DNA of 60,534 nucleotides from a virus (Duplodnaviria; Caudoviricetes): IMG/VR virus record IMGVR_UViG_3300034072_002238, positions 1 to 60,534 of that record; one strand, 5' to 3'. Shown piece by piece: positions 1 to 8,833 of this stretch (position 1 is its first letter; each line of letters starts with the position of its first letter). The notes under the pieces were generated by a model. It saw only the letters and a program-made list of their open reading frames with translations, ran no database searches and was not told where the DNA came from. The position numbers and the translations under genes were made by a program.

Positions 1-1257
1 ATGCTCACTGATGTCCAGATCCGGAACGCCAAGAAGCAAGAGAAGCCCTACAAGCTGACCGACTCGGGCGGGCTGCACATCTACATCGCGTCATCAGGCT
101 CAAAACTCTGGCGCATGAGATACCGATTTCGCGAAAAAGAAAAGCTCCTCTCCATCGGCTCTTATCCTGATCTGTCGCTCAGCGAAGCCAGGGCGGCACG
201 CGACAAGGCCAAGGCCGACCTCAAAGCTGGGCGCGATCCGGCAGCGGTCAAGAAGCTCGAAAAGCTGACCCCGACCAAGGCCAAGGCGGAATCGTTCGAA
301 GCCGTGGCACGGGAGTGGTTCGAGCTGCAGAAGCCGCAATGGGTCGAGCGCCACGCAGACGACGTGATCACCAGCCTTGAGACGGAAGTCTTCCCCTACC
401 TGGGCTCTTTCGTGGTGCGCGATCTCACCGCGACCGACGTGCTGCCGGTGCTACGCCTGGTCGAGCAGCGCGGCGCGATCGAGACGGCGCGCCGTATCCG
501 GCAGCGGATGTCGAGCGTTTTCGTCTATGCCATCGCCTCGGGCCGCGCTGCGACCGATCCGGCGGCGATCGTGCAGAAGGCCATGGCTCCGCTCAAGAAA
601 GGGCGGCAGCCCGCCATCATCGACATCGAGGGCGCCCGCGGCATCCTGCGTGCCACCGAAACGACGCCGGCGCATCCCGTCACGAAGCTGGCGTTGCGCA
701 TCCTTGCCCTCACTGCCGTTAGACCAGGCACACTGGTATCGACGCCCTGGAGCGAATGGGACGAGCCGGCGATCAAGGATGGCCTATGGCAGATCCCGGC
801 CCAGCGGATGAAGCTCAAGCTGCATCACAAGGAAGATGAAAACCGGGATCACATCGTGCCGTTGTCTCGTGAGGCAATCGGCGCGATCGAGGCGCTGCGG
901 TCACTGACGGGCAGAGGAAGGCTGGCATTCCCGAATGCACGGCACGCGCACAAGCAGATGTCGGAGAACGCAATCGGCTATCTGCTGAACCGCTCGGGCT
1001 ATCACGGCCGGCATGTGCCGCATGGCTGGCGCGCCACGTTCAGTTCGGTGATGAATGAGGCATACCCCGCCGACAAGCACGTCATTGACCTGATGTTGGC
1101 GCACATAGCGAAGGACAAGGTCGAGGGCGCCTATAACCGCGCCTTGCATCTCGATCGGCGCATCGAGCTTGCGCAGATCTGGGCCGACATGCTTATGAAA
1201 GAAGCGCCGCCGGCAGCGGATATGTTGGTCGGGCCGAGGAAGATACTGAAAGCCTAA
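1..1257 (+). CDS. int: P4-like tyrosine integrase with N-terminal arm-binding domain
   Basis: MLTD..IRNAK..KPYKLTDSGGL N-terminus; catalytic R (TAVRPG), HGWR, H (LAH) and Y (AYNR). Confidence 0.95.
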   Translation: MLTDVQIRNAKKQEKPYKLTDSGGLHIYIASSGSKLWRMRYRFREKEKLLSIGSYPDLSLSEARAARDKAKADLKAGRDPAAVKKLEKLTPTKAKAESFEAVAREWFELQKPQWVERHADDVITSLETEVFPYLGSFVVRDLTATDVLPVLRLVEQRGAIETARRIRQRMSSVFVYAIASGRAATDPAAIVQKAMAPLKKGRQPAIIDIEGARGILRATETTPAHPVTKLALRILALTAVRPGTLVSTPWSEWDEPAIKDGLWQIPAQRMKLKLHHKEDENRDHIVPLSREAIGAIEALRSLTGRGRLAFPNARHAHKQMSENAIGYLLNRSGYHGRHVPHGWRATFSSVMNEAYPADKHVIDLMLAHIAKDKVEGAYNRALHLDRRIELAQIWADMLMKEAPPAADMLVGPRKILKA

Positions 1258-1568
1258 TAGCCTTCCGGCCTGTATCCTCTGATCAGCTTGGAAAAGATGA
1301 ATTCCAGCGGATGATCCCAGATCTTATGGTCGTAGCGCTTGCGCGCGTGAACCTCCCACGGAATCCAGACGTCTCCGCCGGGCGTCCGGAAGTGGACGTA
1401 TTCGAATACGTCGTAGGTGACCTTGTCCATCTGCAAGGCCATATCTGCGACGTTGAAAGCGGGGAGCACCTCGTTCAGTTCGGCCGCTTTATACCGATCG
1501 TCGAAGTGGGTGATGCGCTTGCCGTCGAGCGGTCCACCGAGTGCCAGGCCATCATACATTTCAGTCAT
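1254..1568 (-). CDS. hypothetical phage protein
   Basis: 104 aa; last gene of leftward operon; ALGGPLDG motif. Confidence 0.6.
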   Translation of the reverse strand: MTEMYDGLALGGPLDGKRITHFDDRYKAAELNEVLPAFNVADMALQMDKVTYDVFEYVHFRTPGGDVWIPWEVHARKRYDHKIWDHPLEFIFSKLIRGYRPEGY

Positions 1569-2010
1569 GCCCCCATGATTTCGCTATCTGTACGAATTTG
1601 TCGTAGCCGTCGTGGCCGGGACGGCCTGAAAGTTCAGAGATCGGCGTTCCTATGAACTCGCCGGTTTCGCGTCCAAATATGAACACGCCGCAGCAATCGT
1701 CATCGCACCGGCGGCGATCATCAATCCATTCGTATGGCGCGGCCTCTCCGCATTCGACGCAAAAGTAATCCCGCTCGCCGGGTTCATACTGGTAATCGGG
1801 ATGCTCGCAACATTCGGGGCAGACCGCAGCGCCCGGGTTTTCCGGCCACCAGGCCATGATCCTATCGCGCTTTCGGCAAACTCGGCAGGGCGGCGCATCG
1901 TGGCCGATGCGGATTTTCAGGCCCGGCACATACAGGTCGAGTCCGAAGTGCAGCCAGCGGATGTTCGGTTTCCAGTGCCAGAAGAACGTTCGACTGACTT
2001 CGATCATCAC
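1561..2010 (-). CDS. hypothetical Cys-rich (zinc-binding) protein
   Basis: CxxC pairs; overlap with upstream stop. Confidence 0.6.
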   Translation of the reverse strand: MMIEVSRTFFWHWKPNIRWLHFGLDLYVPGLKIRIGHDAPPCRVCRKRDRIMAWWPENPGAAVCPECCEHPDYQYEPGERDYFCVECGEAAPYEWIDDRRRCDDDCCGVFIFGRETGEFIGTPISELSGRPGHDGYDKFVQIAKSWGHD

Positions 2011-2222
2011 TTCTGATCCTCGGTGTACGATTCCAGCGCCAGCGGCGCGCTTTGCAGGGCCGCGTTGTACCCGTCGAGATACCCCTGCGGCATCACTCTA
2101 AGCTCGGGGTCGCTGTTGGCCATCTCACGGGTCATGGTCCACTCCTTGGCCAGCCATTCCGCGAACGCGGTCAACTCTTCCTGGACCAGAGCGGCCATGC
2201 GGGTTTCGATTGAGCCCCTCAT
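2007..2222 (-). CDS. hypothetical protein
   Basis: ATGA coupling and GGAGG SD. Confidence 0.6.
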   Translation of the reverse strand: MRGSIETRMAALVQEELTAFAEWLAKEWTMTREMANSDPELRVMPQGYLDGYNAALQSAPLALESYTEDQK

Positions 2223-2440
2223 GCTCCCTCCGTCAGGTCATTGAAGGTTCTGGCGCGCGGCTCCTGATCCTGCGGACCGTCGGCGAAAACGACCAGGTCG
2301 CCATCATCCATCTCTCGTCGAGCGCAGGCATCCCATCGGGGATGGATGTAATGCGGTGCCCCGAACGTCTTCACCGCATTCCAGTAGCGGTCATCCTTGA
2401 AGCCGACGAAGTGGACGATACGAGTGGCAAGCTGAGACAC
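2219..2440 (-). CDS. hypothetical phage protein
   Basis: 73 aa; coupled to neighbouring genes. Confidence 0.6.
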   Translation of the reverse strand: MSQLATRIVHFVGFKDDRYWNAVKTFGAPHYIHPRWDACARREMDDGDLVVFADGPQDQEPRARTFNDLTEGA

Positions 2441-2694
2441 TAGCGGTCAAACCTTTGGCGATGCGCCGGCACCGGTCGGTTGTGCAGCTCCATCTCTTCC
2501 TCATTGGTGAGTTTCAGAAACAACCGATTCCGCGCCCTCAGAATGTTCAGCAGATCTGGAAGTTGATGGCCTTCGCCGTAGCCGGCACCAAGCATGGTGC
2601 GGACCGCCTCCGTGAAATCAAGCATTTGCTGCTCGTAAGATCCGGCAGCGTAGTATGGCGGGGCCTCTTGCCCCATACGGTTCTCATCGGTCAT
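2440..2694 (-). CDS. hypothetical protein (start re-called at MTDENR)
   Basis: ATG at 2694 overlaps stop of upstream gene (ATGA). Confidence 0.5.
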   Translation of the reverse strand: MTDENRMGQEAPPYYAAGSYEQQMLDFTEAVRTMLGAGYGEGHQLPDLLNILRARNRLFLKLTNEEEMELHNRPVPAHRQRFDR

Positions 2695-3380
2695 GCGGCT
2701 TTGTCCTCGTAAATGGCTGGGTCCGCCTCGCAGCACTCTCTGGCGCGGAGCCTCCGACATATTCCCAGCGTCAGTTCTTTTCCGGTGCAGTGCCAACGCA
2801 GCGCCGCGGCCATCTCGGGCATGGTGGACTTCCGCGACGTTGATACGCGCAGCTCTCCACAGAGAACTCTCAATTCCTCGCGCCATAGCAGGTCCAGTGC
2901 GCCTTCCGGCAGCGGGGCATCGAGCCGCCGCTGTTTGAGGTCCCAACGCTCAAAACCATCGTGAGACCACGACGGATCGAGCGTCCTTCTGACCTTCGGG
3001 AACACCCACGTTTCAGCGGAATAGTCCCAATTTTGCGGGTATGTCTTGAGATAGAACTCTCCGTCCCGCTCGTAGTGACATGCCTTGGGGTGCGTCTTCT
3101 GCTCGATGAGGAATTTCTCGTGAATAGCCGCAACGGTCAGATGCGAGCACTTGCTCATGGCGGCGACCTGGTCCCGCAATCGGTCCAGCTTGTCCTTCGC
3201 TGATTTGATCTCGACGGCGATAATCTCAGCATGGCCGACCGCGATAAGATCCATGCGATTGGTGCCTAGACCACTGACATTGATCTCGTGGATGATCCGA
3301 GCGCTGGGGCGTAGTTCGCGCAGGCGCGCGACTACCGCGTCCCGGATTTCGGCTTCAGCGGTCGAGCGATAAGCAGGCAT
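2691..3380 (-). CDS. PD-(D/E)xK nuclease-fold protein (sce7726/MmcB-like)
   Basis: HE...RMDLIAV...AVEIKSAKDKLDRL motif. Confidence 0.65.
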   Translation of the reverse strand: MPAYRSTAEAEIRDAVVARLRELRPSARIIHEINVSGLGTNRMDLIAVGHAEIIAVEIKSAKDKLDRLRDQVAAMSKCSHLTVAAIHEKFLIEQKTHPKACHYERDGEFYLKTYPQNWDYSAETWVFPKVRRTLDPSWSHDGFERWDLKQRRLDAPLPEGALDLLWREELRVLCGELRVSTSRKSTMPEMAAALRWHCTGKELTLGICRRLRARECCEADPAIYEDKAA

Positions 3381-3383
3381 TCG

Positions 3384-3695
3384 TCACCTCGCCGCTTCCA
3401 ATTCGAACTGCTGGATCCCTCGCACCAAGGCGACAGGGGCAAAGTTTATCGGGCCATCCCGACCAAACATTCGGGCACTGGACGTGATTTGCAGCGAATT
3501 GAAGCGGACACTGTAGTTACAGTCTCCGCCGTGCCTCACTCGGTGGCACCAGGCGTCCACGACCATGCCTTCATTCCCGAACGCCTTCATCTGGACCATC
3601 TGCCCAGGCTTGAATGCCGGTTCGGGTCGTTCGTCGCCCTCGCAGGACGAAAGAACGACCATCGACATGACAATCGCAGCTGCACTCAATTTCAT
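3384..3695 (-). CDS. putative lipoprotein
   Basis: Hydrophobic signal ending in LSSC lipobox. Confidence 0.55.
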   Translation of the reverse strand: MKLSAAAIVMSMVVLSSCEGDERPEPAFKPGQMVQMKAFGNEGMVVDAWCHRVRHGGDCNYSVRFNSLQITSSARMFGRDGPINFAPVALVRGIQQFELEAAR

Positions 3696-3895
3696 TGGAC
3701 ACCTCCACCGGGCTTGCTCTGCCCCTCGTTGAAATCACGCTGACGGCCAACGGCCTCGCCCCACGTCTCACAGAGCGCGACCACGATGCCCTCAATCCGG
3801 CTCTCGGTCTGTGTCGCGCGATCCACTTTCAGCACCGCAAATTTCTCCGGCTGGTCTGCTATGAGCTCGATAACTTCGAAGGTGAAATTGCTCAT
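3692..3895 (-). CDS. hypothetical protein
   Basis: ATGA coupling on both sides. Confidence 0.55.
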   Translation of the reverse strand: MSNFTFEVIELIADQPEKFAVLKVDRATQTESRIEGIVVALCETWGEAVGRQRDFNEGQSKPGGGVQ

Positions 3896-6027
3896 TCCGC
3901 CGCCTCGCCACCGTTCATGAAGTTGGCCTTGACGACCATCTCCCAGCAGTTGGCCGCCACGATCGCGGCATAGGGATAAGGCGACACGCTGTTGCCGCAG
4001 CAGCTGACCTGCACATCCTTCGGAAAGGCGACGAAGTGCCTGTTATCACCCTCGCCCTGCCAGACCCCGTCAATGACATAGTCAGGCGGAAAGCCTTGCG
4101 CGTTGAACAGCTCGCGCGGGGTCAGCATACGCATGCCGATATCGACGATGACGACGACCAGTTCGCCAATGGTCAGCGTCACGAATTCGCGCTCGTCCCA
4201 GAAGCCATGCGCCCGCATGAAATCCGCCACTTCACGCGCCCGGGCCTCCTGCTCCGGCCGGAAAGGCGGAATATCGAGCACGGCTTCGACATGGCCGAAA
4301 CGGTCATTGACGGTGACGGTGTGGCAGGGCTCGTCATGCCGGGCCCCGTCGCCCGTGCCGTAATATTTCGAGAAGAAGGGCGCGACGAGCTGCGACTTGT
4401 TGACGTCGGCCGTGACGGTGCCGAGCGGCTCGTCAATCGCATGGCCGGTGCTGTTGCCGAACTGGCGCGCGATGAAGGCTGTCACCGGGCTCTGCTGGGC
4501 CCCGGTCGCCGTCACCGTCGACAGCGGCTCATCCGCCCCCCGGCCCGGATTGACGCCACCGATCCGGCGGCTGTCATTGTTCTGCTGGGCGACGAAGGCC
4601 GTCGCAACCGCATGTTTCACACCACCGGCAACGACAGTGCCCAGCGGTTTTTCGATGTCGAGGGACCGAGGCGCTTGCCCATCCCGCTCACCATAGCCCG
4701 TCTGCACAAGCGTCGGGACGATCACCGCATGCCGGTTTTCCGTCGTGATCGTGCGCAGCGGCTCGGAAACATCCGCCGACCTGTCATCACCACCCGCACC
4801 CGGCCCATAGAAGGTCGTCAGGTGCGGCACGATGACGGCATTCTGGTCCTTGCCGCTCGCCGTGATGGTATGATGCGGATCCTCGACCGATCGCACCCCG
4901 CCGCCCTGCTGGGCATAGGTCAGGACAGGCGCGATCATGCCGACGGGAGCCGCGCCGCCAGGCTTCTTGATGTAGCTGTTGGCCGTTATCGTGGGCAATG
5001 GCTCGTTCATCGCGCTGCCGGTCGCGCCTGAGTTGAAGCGAGTGATCGAGGGAGCAATCAGCGCCTTCTCGCCCCGATGCGCCCCGGTGATAGTGCGCAA
5101 CGGCTCGGCGATATCTTCCAGCCGGGCACCATGGGTGACATTCACCAGAAACGGCCGCTCGGCATCGAGTACATAGCGCATCATGCCGCGCGCCACCCTG
5201 GCCATGGTATTGTCGGCCAGCGGCCGCACGGCGCGAAGGTGGTGCTTTTCCCAGATCTCCGCCTTCGTGTCGAAGATCGAGGGGCAAGGAAGCGACCAGT
5301 CGATGATGGTATAGGCGCCCGGCCACGGCAGCTTTCGCCCCTCGATCACGTCGTCGCTGTCCGGATGCCCGTGTGTCGGCTCCGGCCAGACGATCGGCTT
5401 GCCGTCAAACCGGATGACCAGAAACAGCCGCTTGCGGATCGTCGGCGCGCCATAATCGCAGGCCTTGAGTTCGCGCCACTCGATCTTGCCGCCCAGCTTG
5501 CGGATCTTCTTGCACCAGGCCTCAAAGGTCTGCCCGCGACGGTCAGGACACGGCATCAGCCCGCGCTCGGTCTCGATCAGCGGCCCCCAGTCCTTCCATT
5601 CCTCGACGTTTTCCATGGTGACGACATCGACCTTGCCGCCGCTCTTCTGGATGCGCTCGATCCATCCGGGAATGATCCAGGCCAGATCGCGGATGTTGCG
5701 CTCGACGGGTTTGCCGCCCTTCGCCTTGGAGAAGTGCTTGCAGTCGGGCGAGAAGTGCATGAGGCCGATATGGCGACCGCGCATATGGTCAAGCGGATCG
5801 ACGCGATAGACGTTTTCCGACAGGTGCAGCGTCTCGGGATGGTTCGCCGCATGCAGCGCAAGTGCTGCCTCGTTGTGGTTGATGGCGATATCGGGCGAGC
5901 GCCCCAGCGCCATCTCGATCCCGGTCGAGGCGCCACCACCGCCGGCAAAGCTGTCGACGATCAGCGGACGTCGCGCGGCTGGGATCGGCAGCGGCTGGAA
6001 CTCGTCAAAGAGGGTGCGCATGTTCAT
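3892..6027 (-). CDS. DNA (cytosine-5) methyltransferase with internal repeats
   Basis: DSFAGGGG (motif I), SPDC (IV), ENV (VI), RKR (VIII), RMLTPREL..AQGFP..GNSV (IX-X). Confidence 0.92.
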   Translation of the reverse strand: MNMRTLFDEFQPLPIPAARRPLIVDSFAGGGGASTGIEMALGRSPDIAINHNEAALALHAANHPETLHLSENVYRVDPLDHMRGRHIGLMHFSPDCKHFSKAKGGKPVERNIRDLAWIIPGWIERIQKSGGKVDVVTMENVEEWKDWGPLIETERGLMPCPDRRGQTFEAWCKKIRKLGGKIEWRELKACDYGAPTIRKRLFLVIRFDGKPIVWPEPTHGHPDSDDVIEGRKLPWPGAYTIIDWSLPCPSIFDTKAEIWEKHHLRAVRPLADNTMARVARGMMRYVLDAERPFLVNVTHGARLEDIAEPLRTITGAHRGEKALIAPSITRFNSGATGSAMNEPLPTITANSYIKKPGGAAPVGMIAPVLTYAQQGGGVRSVEDPHHTITASGKDQNAVIVPHLTTFYGPGAGGDDRSADVSEPLRTITTENRHAVIVPTLVQTGYGERDGQAPRSLDIEKPLGTVVAGGVKHAVATAFVAQQNNDSRRIGGVNPGRGADEPLSTVTATGAQQSPVTAFIARQFGNSTGHAIDEPLGTVTADVNKSQLVAPFFSKYYGTGDGARHDEPCHTVTVNDRFGHVEAVLDIPPFRPEQEARAREVADFMRAHGFWDEREFVTLTIGELVVVIVDIGMRMLTPRELFNAQGFPPDYVIDGVWQGEGDNRHFVAFPKDVQVSCCGNSVSPYPYAAIVAANCWEMVVKANFMNGGEAAE

Positions 6028-6290
6028 GCTGCTGAGCCCTCCCCGGAGAGAGGAATGCTAAATGATATTGATGATCCCCCGTCAGTTGGGTCCTCACCTT
6101 TGTCGAGGAACCACAACGCCGCTTTGCCGGCGACAGTGAGTTTCCGGTCTTGCGTCACAAGACCCTGTCGGACGAGATCCCAGCCGCAATTCGGATAGCT
6201 GAACATGGGTGGAAAACTGCCCGTCTTCTCAAATTCGGCGCAGGCTTCCATGAGCCGGATTTGGTCAGACCTTTTGATTTCATCAGCCAT
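6024..6290 (-). CDS. hypothetical protein
   Basis: 88 aa; GGAGG SD; coupled. Confidence 0.55.
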   Translation of the reverse strand: MADEIKRSDQIRLMEACAEFEKTGSFPPMFSYPNCGWDLVRQGLVTQDRKLTVAGKAALWFLDKGEDPTDGGSSISFSIPLSGEGSAA

Positions 6291-6603
6291 GGGCCGAGCC
6301 CTCCGCGGTGGCTAACAGAGCGTAAATCTCTGCCCCGCGCTCGCGGGCTTTCTCCTCTGTGCTGACGAACGTGAACATCGACCCGGAGAGGAGTTGCGCG
6401 ATGTCGCGAAGAACCTCGCGATCAACGGCGACGGTTTTTTGAGATCCGTCCACATTTTGCGTGGGCGGCGAATTTTTGGCTTCCAGCCGCGCGTCGTTCT
6501 GCCCCGCCAAGTAGCCCGCTAGGAACCGATGGTGGCGCTTGTCGTACACGCTCCTTGATATGGTTAAGTCTGCAATCGCTCTCCGGATCTTGCCCATGCT
6601 CAT
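6283..6603 (-). CDS. hypothetical protein (start re-called)
   Basis: ATG at 6603 overlaps AlpA stop. Confidence 0.5.
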   Translation of the reverse strand: MSMGKIRRAIADLTISRSVYDKRHHRFLAGYLAGQNDARLEAKNSPPTQNVDGSQKTVAVDREVLRDIAQLLSGSMFTFVSTEEKARERGAEIYALLATAEGSAHG

Positions 6604-6809
6604 GCCGCCACCTTCGTGAGCGAATTGATCCACGCGTCGATCTCGGACTTCTTCCAACGCACCATCTTTGGCCCGACCTGCACCGGCGCCGGGAACGCGC
6701 CCTGGTCGATCTTCCGATATATGCTGGTCTTGCCCATGCTGGTACGGGCGCAGACGTCGGTGAGTTTCAGGAGGGTGTCGCCGGCATAGCTGACGAGTTC
6801 TGCGGACAT
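6600..6809 (-). CDS. AlpA-family regulator / excisionase
   Basis: LLKLTDVCARTSMGKTSIYRKIDQGAFPAPVQVG..VRWKKSEIDAWI. Confidence 0.9.
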   Translation of the reverse strand: MSAELVSYAGDTLLKLTDVCARTSMGKTSIYRKIDQGAFPAPVQVGPKMVRWKKSEIDAWINSLTKVAA

Positions 6810-6889
6810 GGAAATGCTCCAGATGCCGAAGGCGTGCTTCGAATGTGAAGGGGAATGGCCTCTAGGGGCCGCTGCTGTCCGCGCGAACC

Positions 6890-6942
6890 ATATGGAACGG
6901 AGTGGGAACGATTGTCAAGAAAAAGTTTCGTTTAACGAAACT
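6890..6942 (-). promoter_or_regulatory. Leftward sigma70-like promoter with LexA box and phage repressor operator
   Basis: TTGACA (6918-6913)-N17-CCATAT; GAAC-N7-GAAC at 6895-6909; palindrome AGTTTCGTTTAACGAAACT at 6924-6942. Confidence 0.7.
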
Positions 6943-6957
6943 AATATCCAAATCGGA

Positions 6958-7080
6958 TCAGGTGCCGCCTGAGCAATGTTGCCAGACCAGCCAGCCGGCG
7001 ACGACGAGAAGCGCGACAAGCACAACGCGCGCCTGTGGCTTTGCTGCTTGGGTCACGTGCCTCGCTTTAAGCCTTGTCAT
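6958..7080 (-). CDS. 40-aa membrane peptide at end of lysis operon (not in ORF track)
   Basis: MTRLKARHVTQAAKPQARVVLVALLVVAGWLVWQHCSGGT; overlaps holin end. Confidence 0.4.
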   Translation of the reverse strand: MTRLKARHVTQAAKPQARVVLVALLVVAGWLVWQHCSGGT

Positions 7081-7402
7081 CGACATTGCTCCTGATTTCC
7101 GCGCGCCGGATGCGGAAGGCTTTCAGGATGATTTCGACGATGATCACCCCGCCGATTCCAAGGATGAAACCTCCCACGCCCGCTGATTGTTCAACCGGTA
7201 CATCGATCCGGCCCAGAACCCACTTGAACATGGGGATGCCGACCGGTGCGAGGAAATAGGCGGTGACAGCGCCAACGAAGAGGCGGCGCACACCGGATAT
7301 GACGCCGGACCACTCCATGGCGACCGAGACGGCGGAGCCCGCCATACCCGCCAGGGCGATTTCGCCTTTCCCGCTCGCGATCCATTCCCAGAGAGAAGTC
7401 AT
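7067..7402 (-). CDS. putative holin / lysis membrane protein
   Basis: About three hydrophobic segments; basic C-terminus; in lysis cluster. Confidence 0.6.
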   Translation of the reverse strand: MTSLWEWIASGKGEIALAGMAGSAVSVAMEWSGVISGVRRLFVGAVTAYFLAPVGIPMFKWVLGRIDVPVEQSAGVGGFILGIGGVIIVEIILKAFRIRRAEIRSNVDDKA

Positions 7403-7411
7403 CCCGCCTCG

Positions 7412-7930
7412 CTACTTCTTCAGTCCGCGCAGGATCGTATTCCCGCCCATGTACAATGTGGTGAAGATCGTGAAGATGCCGAGGAACGTTGCGACATCGA
7501 GGCCCACCTCGATCTGGATGCCAGGAGCAACGGCCCAGATCACTGCGTTGGCCACTGGCCGAAGGATGATGTACCAGGCGATGCAAACCAGCATGAGCCA
7601 CATCCCGGCCGGGCGCCACATCCAGCCGAACGCACTGTCCTTCTGCATTTCAGCGAGCATGAGTTTATTGGCCTCACGCTGGGATTCGAGAATGGCCGCG
7701 ATCAGCTCCGGGCTAGCTGCCTCGATCTGTCGGATAGCGTCTTCCACCTGCTCGGCGGGAACCGATGGCAGAGCCTCGGGAGGCACCCCCACCTTGTTCG
7801 CGACAGCATCAATGACCGCGCCACCAATCTCGCCGGCAGCTCCGCCGACGTGCTGTTCGAGCAGACCTTTCACGATCGGGGCCCCGACCTTTGCGGCAGC
7901 GGTCAGAAGAATTGCGATGATGGGCGACAT
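7412..7930 (-). CDS. 3TM-holin-like lysis protein
   Basis: WMWRP..W motif followed by TM helices; directly after endolysin. Confidence 0.6.
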   Translation of the reverse strand: MSPIIAILLTAAAKVGAPIVKGLLEQHVGGAAGEIGGAVIDAVANKVGVPPEALPSVPAEQVEDAIRQIEAASPELIAAILESQREANKLMLAEMQKDSAFGWMWRPAGMWLMLVCIAWYIILRPVANAVIWAVAPGIQIEVGLDVATFLGIFTIFTTLYMGGNTILRGLKK

Positions 7931-8682
7931 CAGAGCGTTCCCTTGTAAGCAAGGGCGCGCTCAGCAGCGGCGCGCTTGCGGGCGATGAGGACAATGGTGA
8001 GGATGACCAGGGCGACGACCAGGGCGCCCAGCGTCGCGATTGTGGTTACGTCGAGTTGGGAGACGGTGTCGGTCGCGATCGGAGCACTGCCCGCACCGGC
8101 GGCACTCGTCGCGGTGACCTTGGCGGCCTGGTCGTTGCGCTTGGTGCTGACCTCGGCCTTGCTGATTTCCGTGACTGCAGCGAGCTTGATCTCGCTTTTG
8201 GTCTGCCCCATGGCTTCAAGCGCCATGACGACGCCTTTTGCTTCAATGTCGGCGATGCGGCGGCCCCACCCCTTGCCGAAAGTCTTCCAGGTCTTGAGAA
8301 GCTGCACGAAGCCCAGCCGGGCGCGGCAGATCTTCTTCACGGTAACGCTGTGGTCGTTTGACCCGGCAGCGGCCTTGAGCCATTTGATCCCACGCGAAAC
8401 GCCAGAGTTCACCGACGCGTCATAGACGGCGAGATCCACGCCCGGGAAAAGCTGGAACGCATCGACCGTCGGCTTCCAGTATTGCTGCCGGTAGATGAGT
8501 TTGGCCTCGGACAGGCTGATGTTGCGAACCGAGATCTTCGGCAGTCCGCGATCTTTGCGCCATGCGTCGTAGACGGCCTGAGTGATGCCGAACATGGTAG
8601 CGCCGCCGGGATCGGCCTTGTGGTTGCTCCAGCCACCTTCCCATTTCGCGGTGATTTCGTGACAGACTGCGAAGCGATCCAT
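7930..8682 (-). CDS. Endolysin, glycoside hydrolase family 108, with C-terminal TM segment
   Basis: EGGWSNHKADPGGATMFGIT...YW..DASVNSG..GWGRR; start MDRF after AGGAG SD. Confidence 0.9.
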   Translation of the reverse strand: MDRFAVCHEITAKWEGGWSNHKADPGGATMFGITQAVYDAWRKDRGLPKISVRNISLSEAKLIYRQQYWKPTVDAFQLFPGVDLAVYDASVNSGVSRGIKWLKAAAGSNDHSVTVKKICRARLGFVQLLKTWKTFGKGWGRRIADIEAKGVVMALEAMGQTKSEIKLAAVTEISKAEVSTKRNDQAAKVTATSAAGAGSAPIATDTVSQLDVTTIATLGALVVALVILTIVLIARKRAAAERALAYKGTL

Positions 8683-8833
8683 GGTGTGGCTCCTGATGAA
8701 ATCAAAGGGCCGCACGTCTTGCGCAGTGGGTCTGGATGTACCACGCGCGCCTGCTTGCAACAATCCCGCAAACCGGCTAAAACCTTTGTGACTGCGCAAG
8801 ATGTGCTGATTATCCAGAATTGGAGATTGGCAC
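8683..8833. promoter_or_regulatory. Divergent lysis/capsid control region with two copies of the late-leader motif
   Basis: Inverted 16-mer ACTGCGCAAGAYGTGC at 8712-8727 (-) and 8791-8806 (+); TTGCAA-N17-TAAAAC rightward. Confidence 0.65.

Noticed and set aside
1..60. attL/attR direct repeats
   Set aside because: The window begins at the integrase ATG and ends at a stop codon, so the flanks are not available
2691..6027. Type II restriction-modification pair (nuclease-fold gene plus C5 MTase)
   Set aside because: Separated by two unrelated genes, and both look like stand-alone phage accessory families
4036..6198. Long + strand ORFs opposite the C5 MTase (and similar ones at 8810-9952, 33107-34333, 35192-36535, 36960-38168)
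   Set aside because: Antisense shadows of real genes in GC-rich DNA; no recognisable motifs
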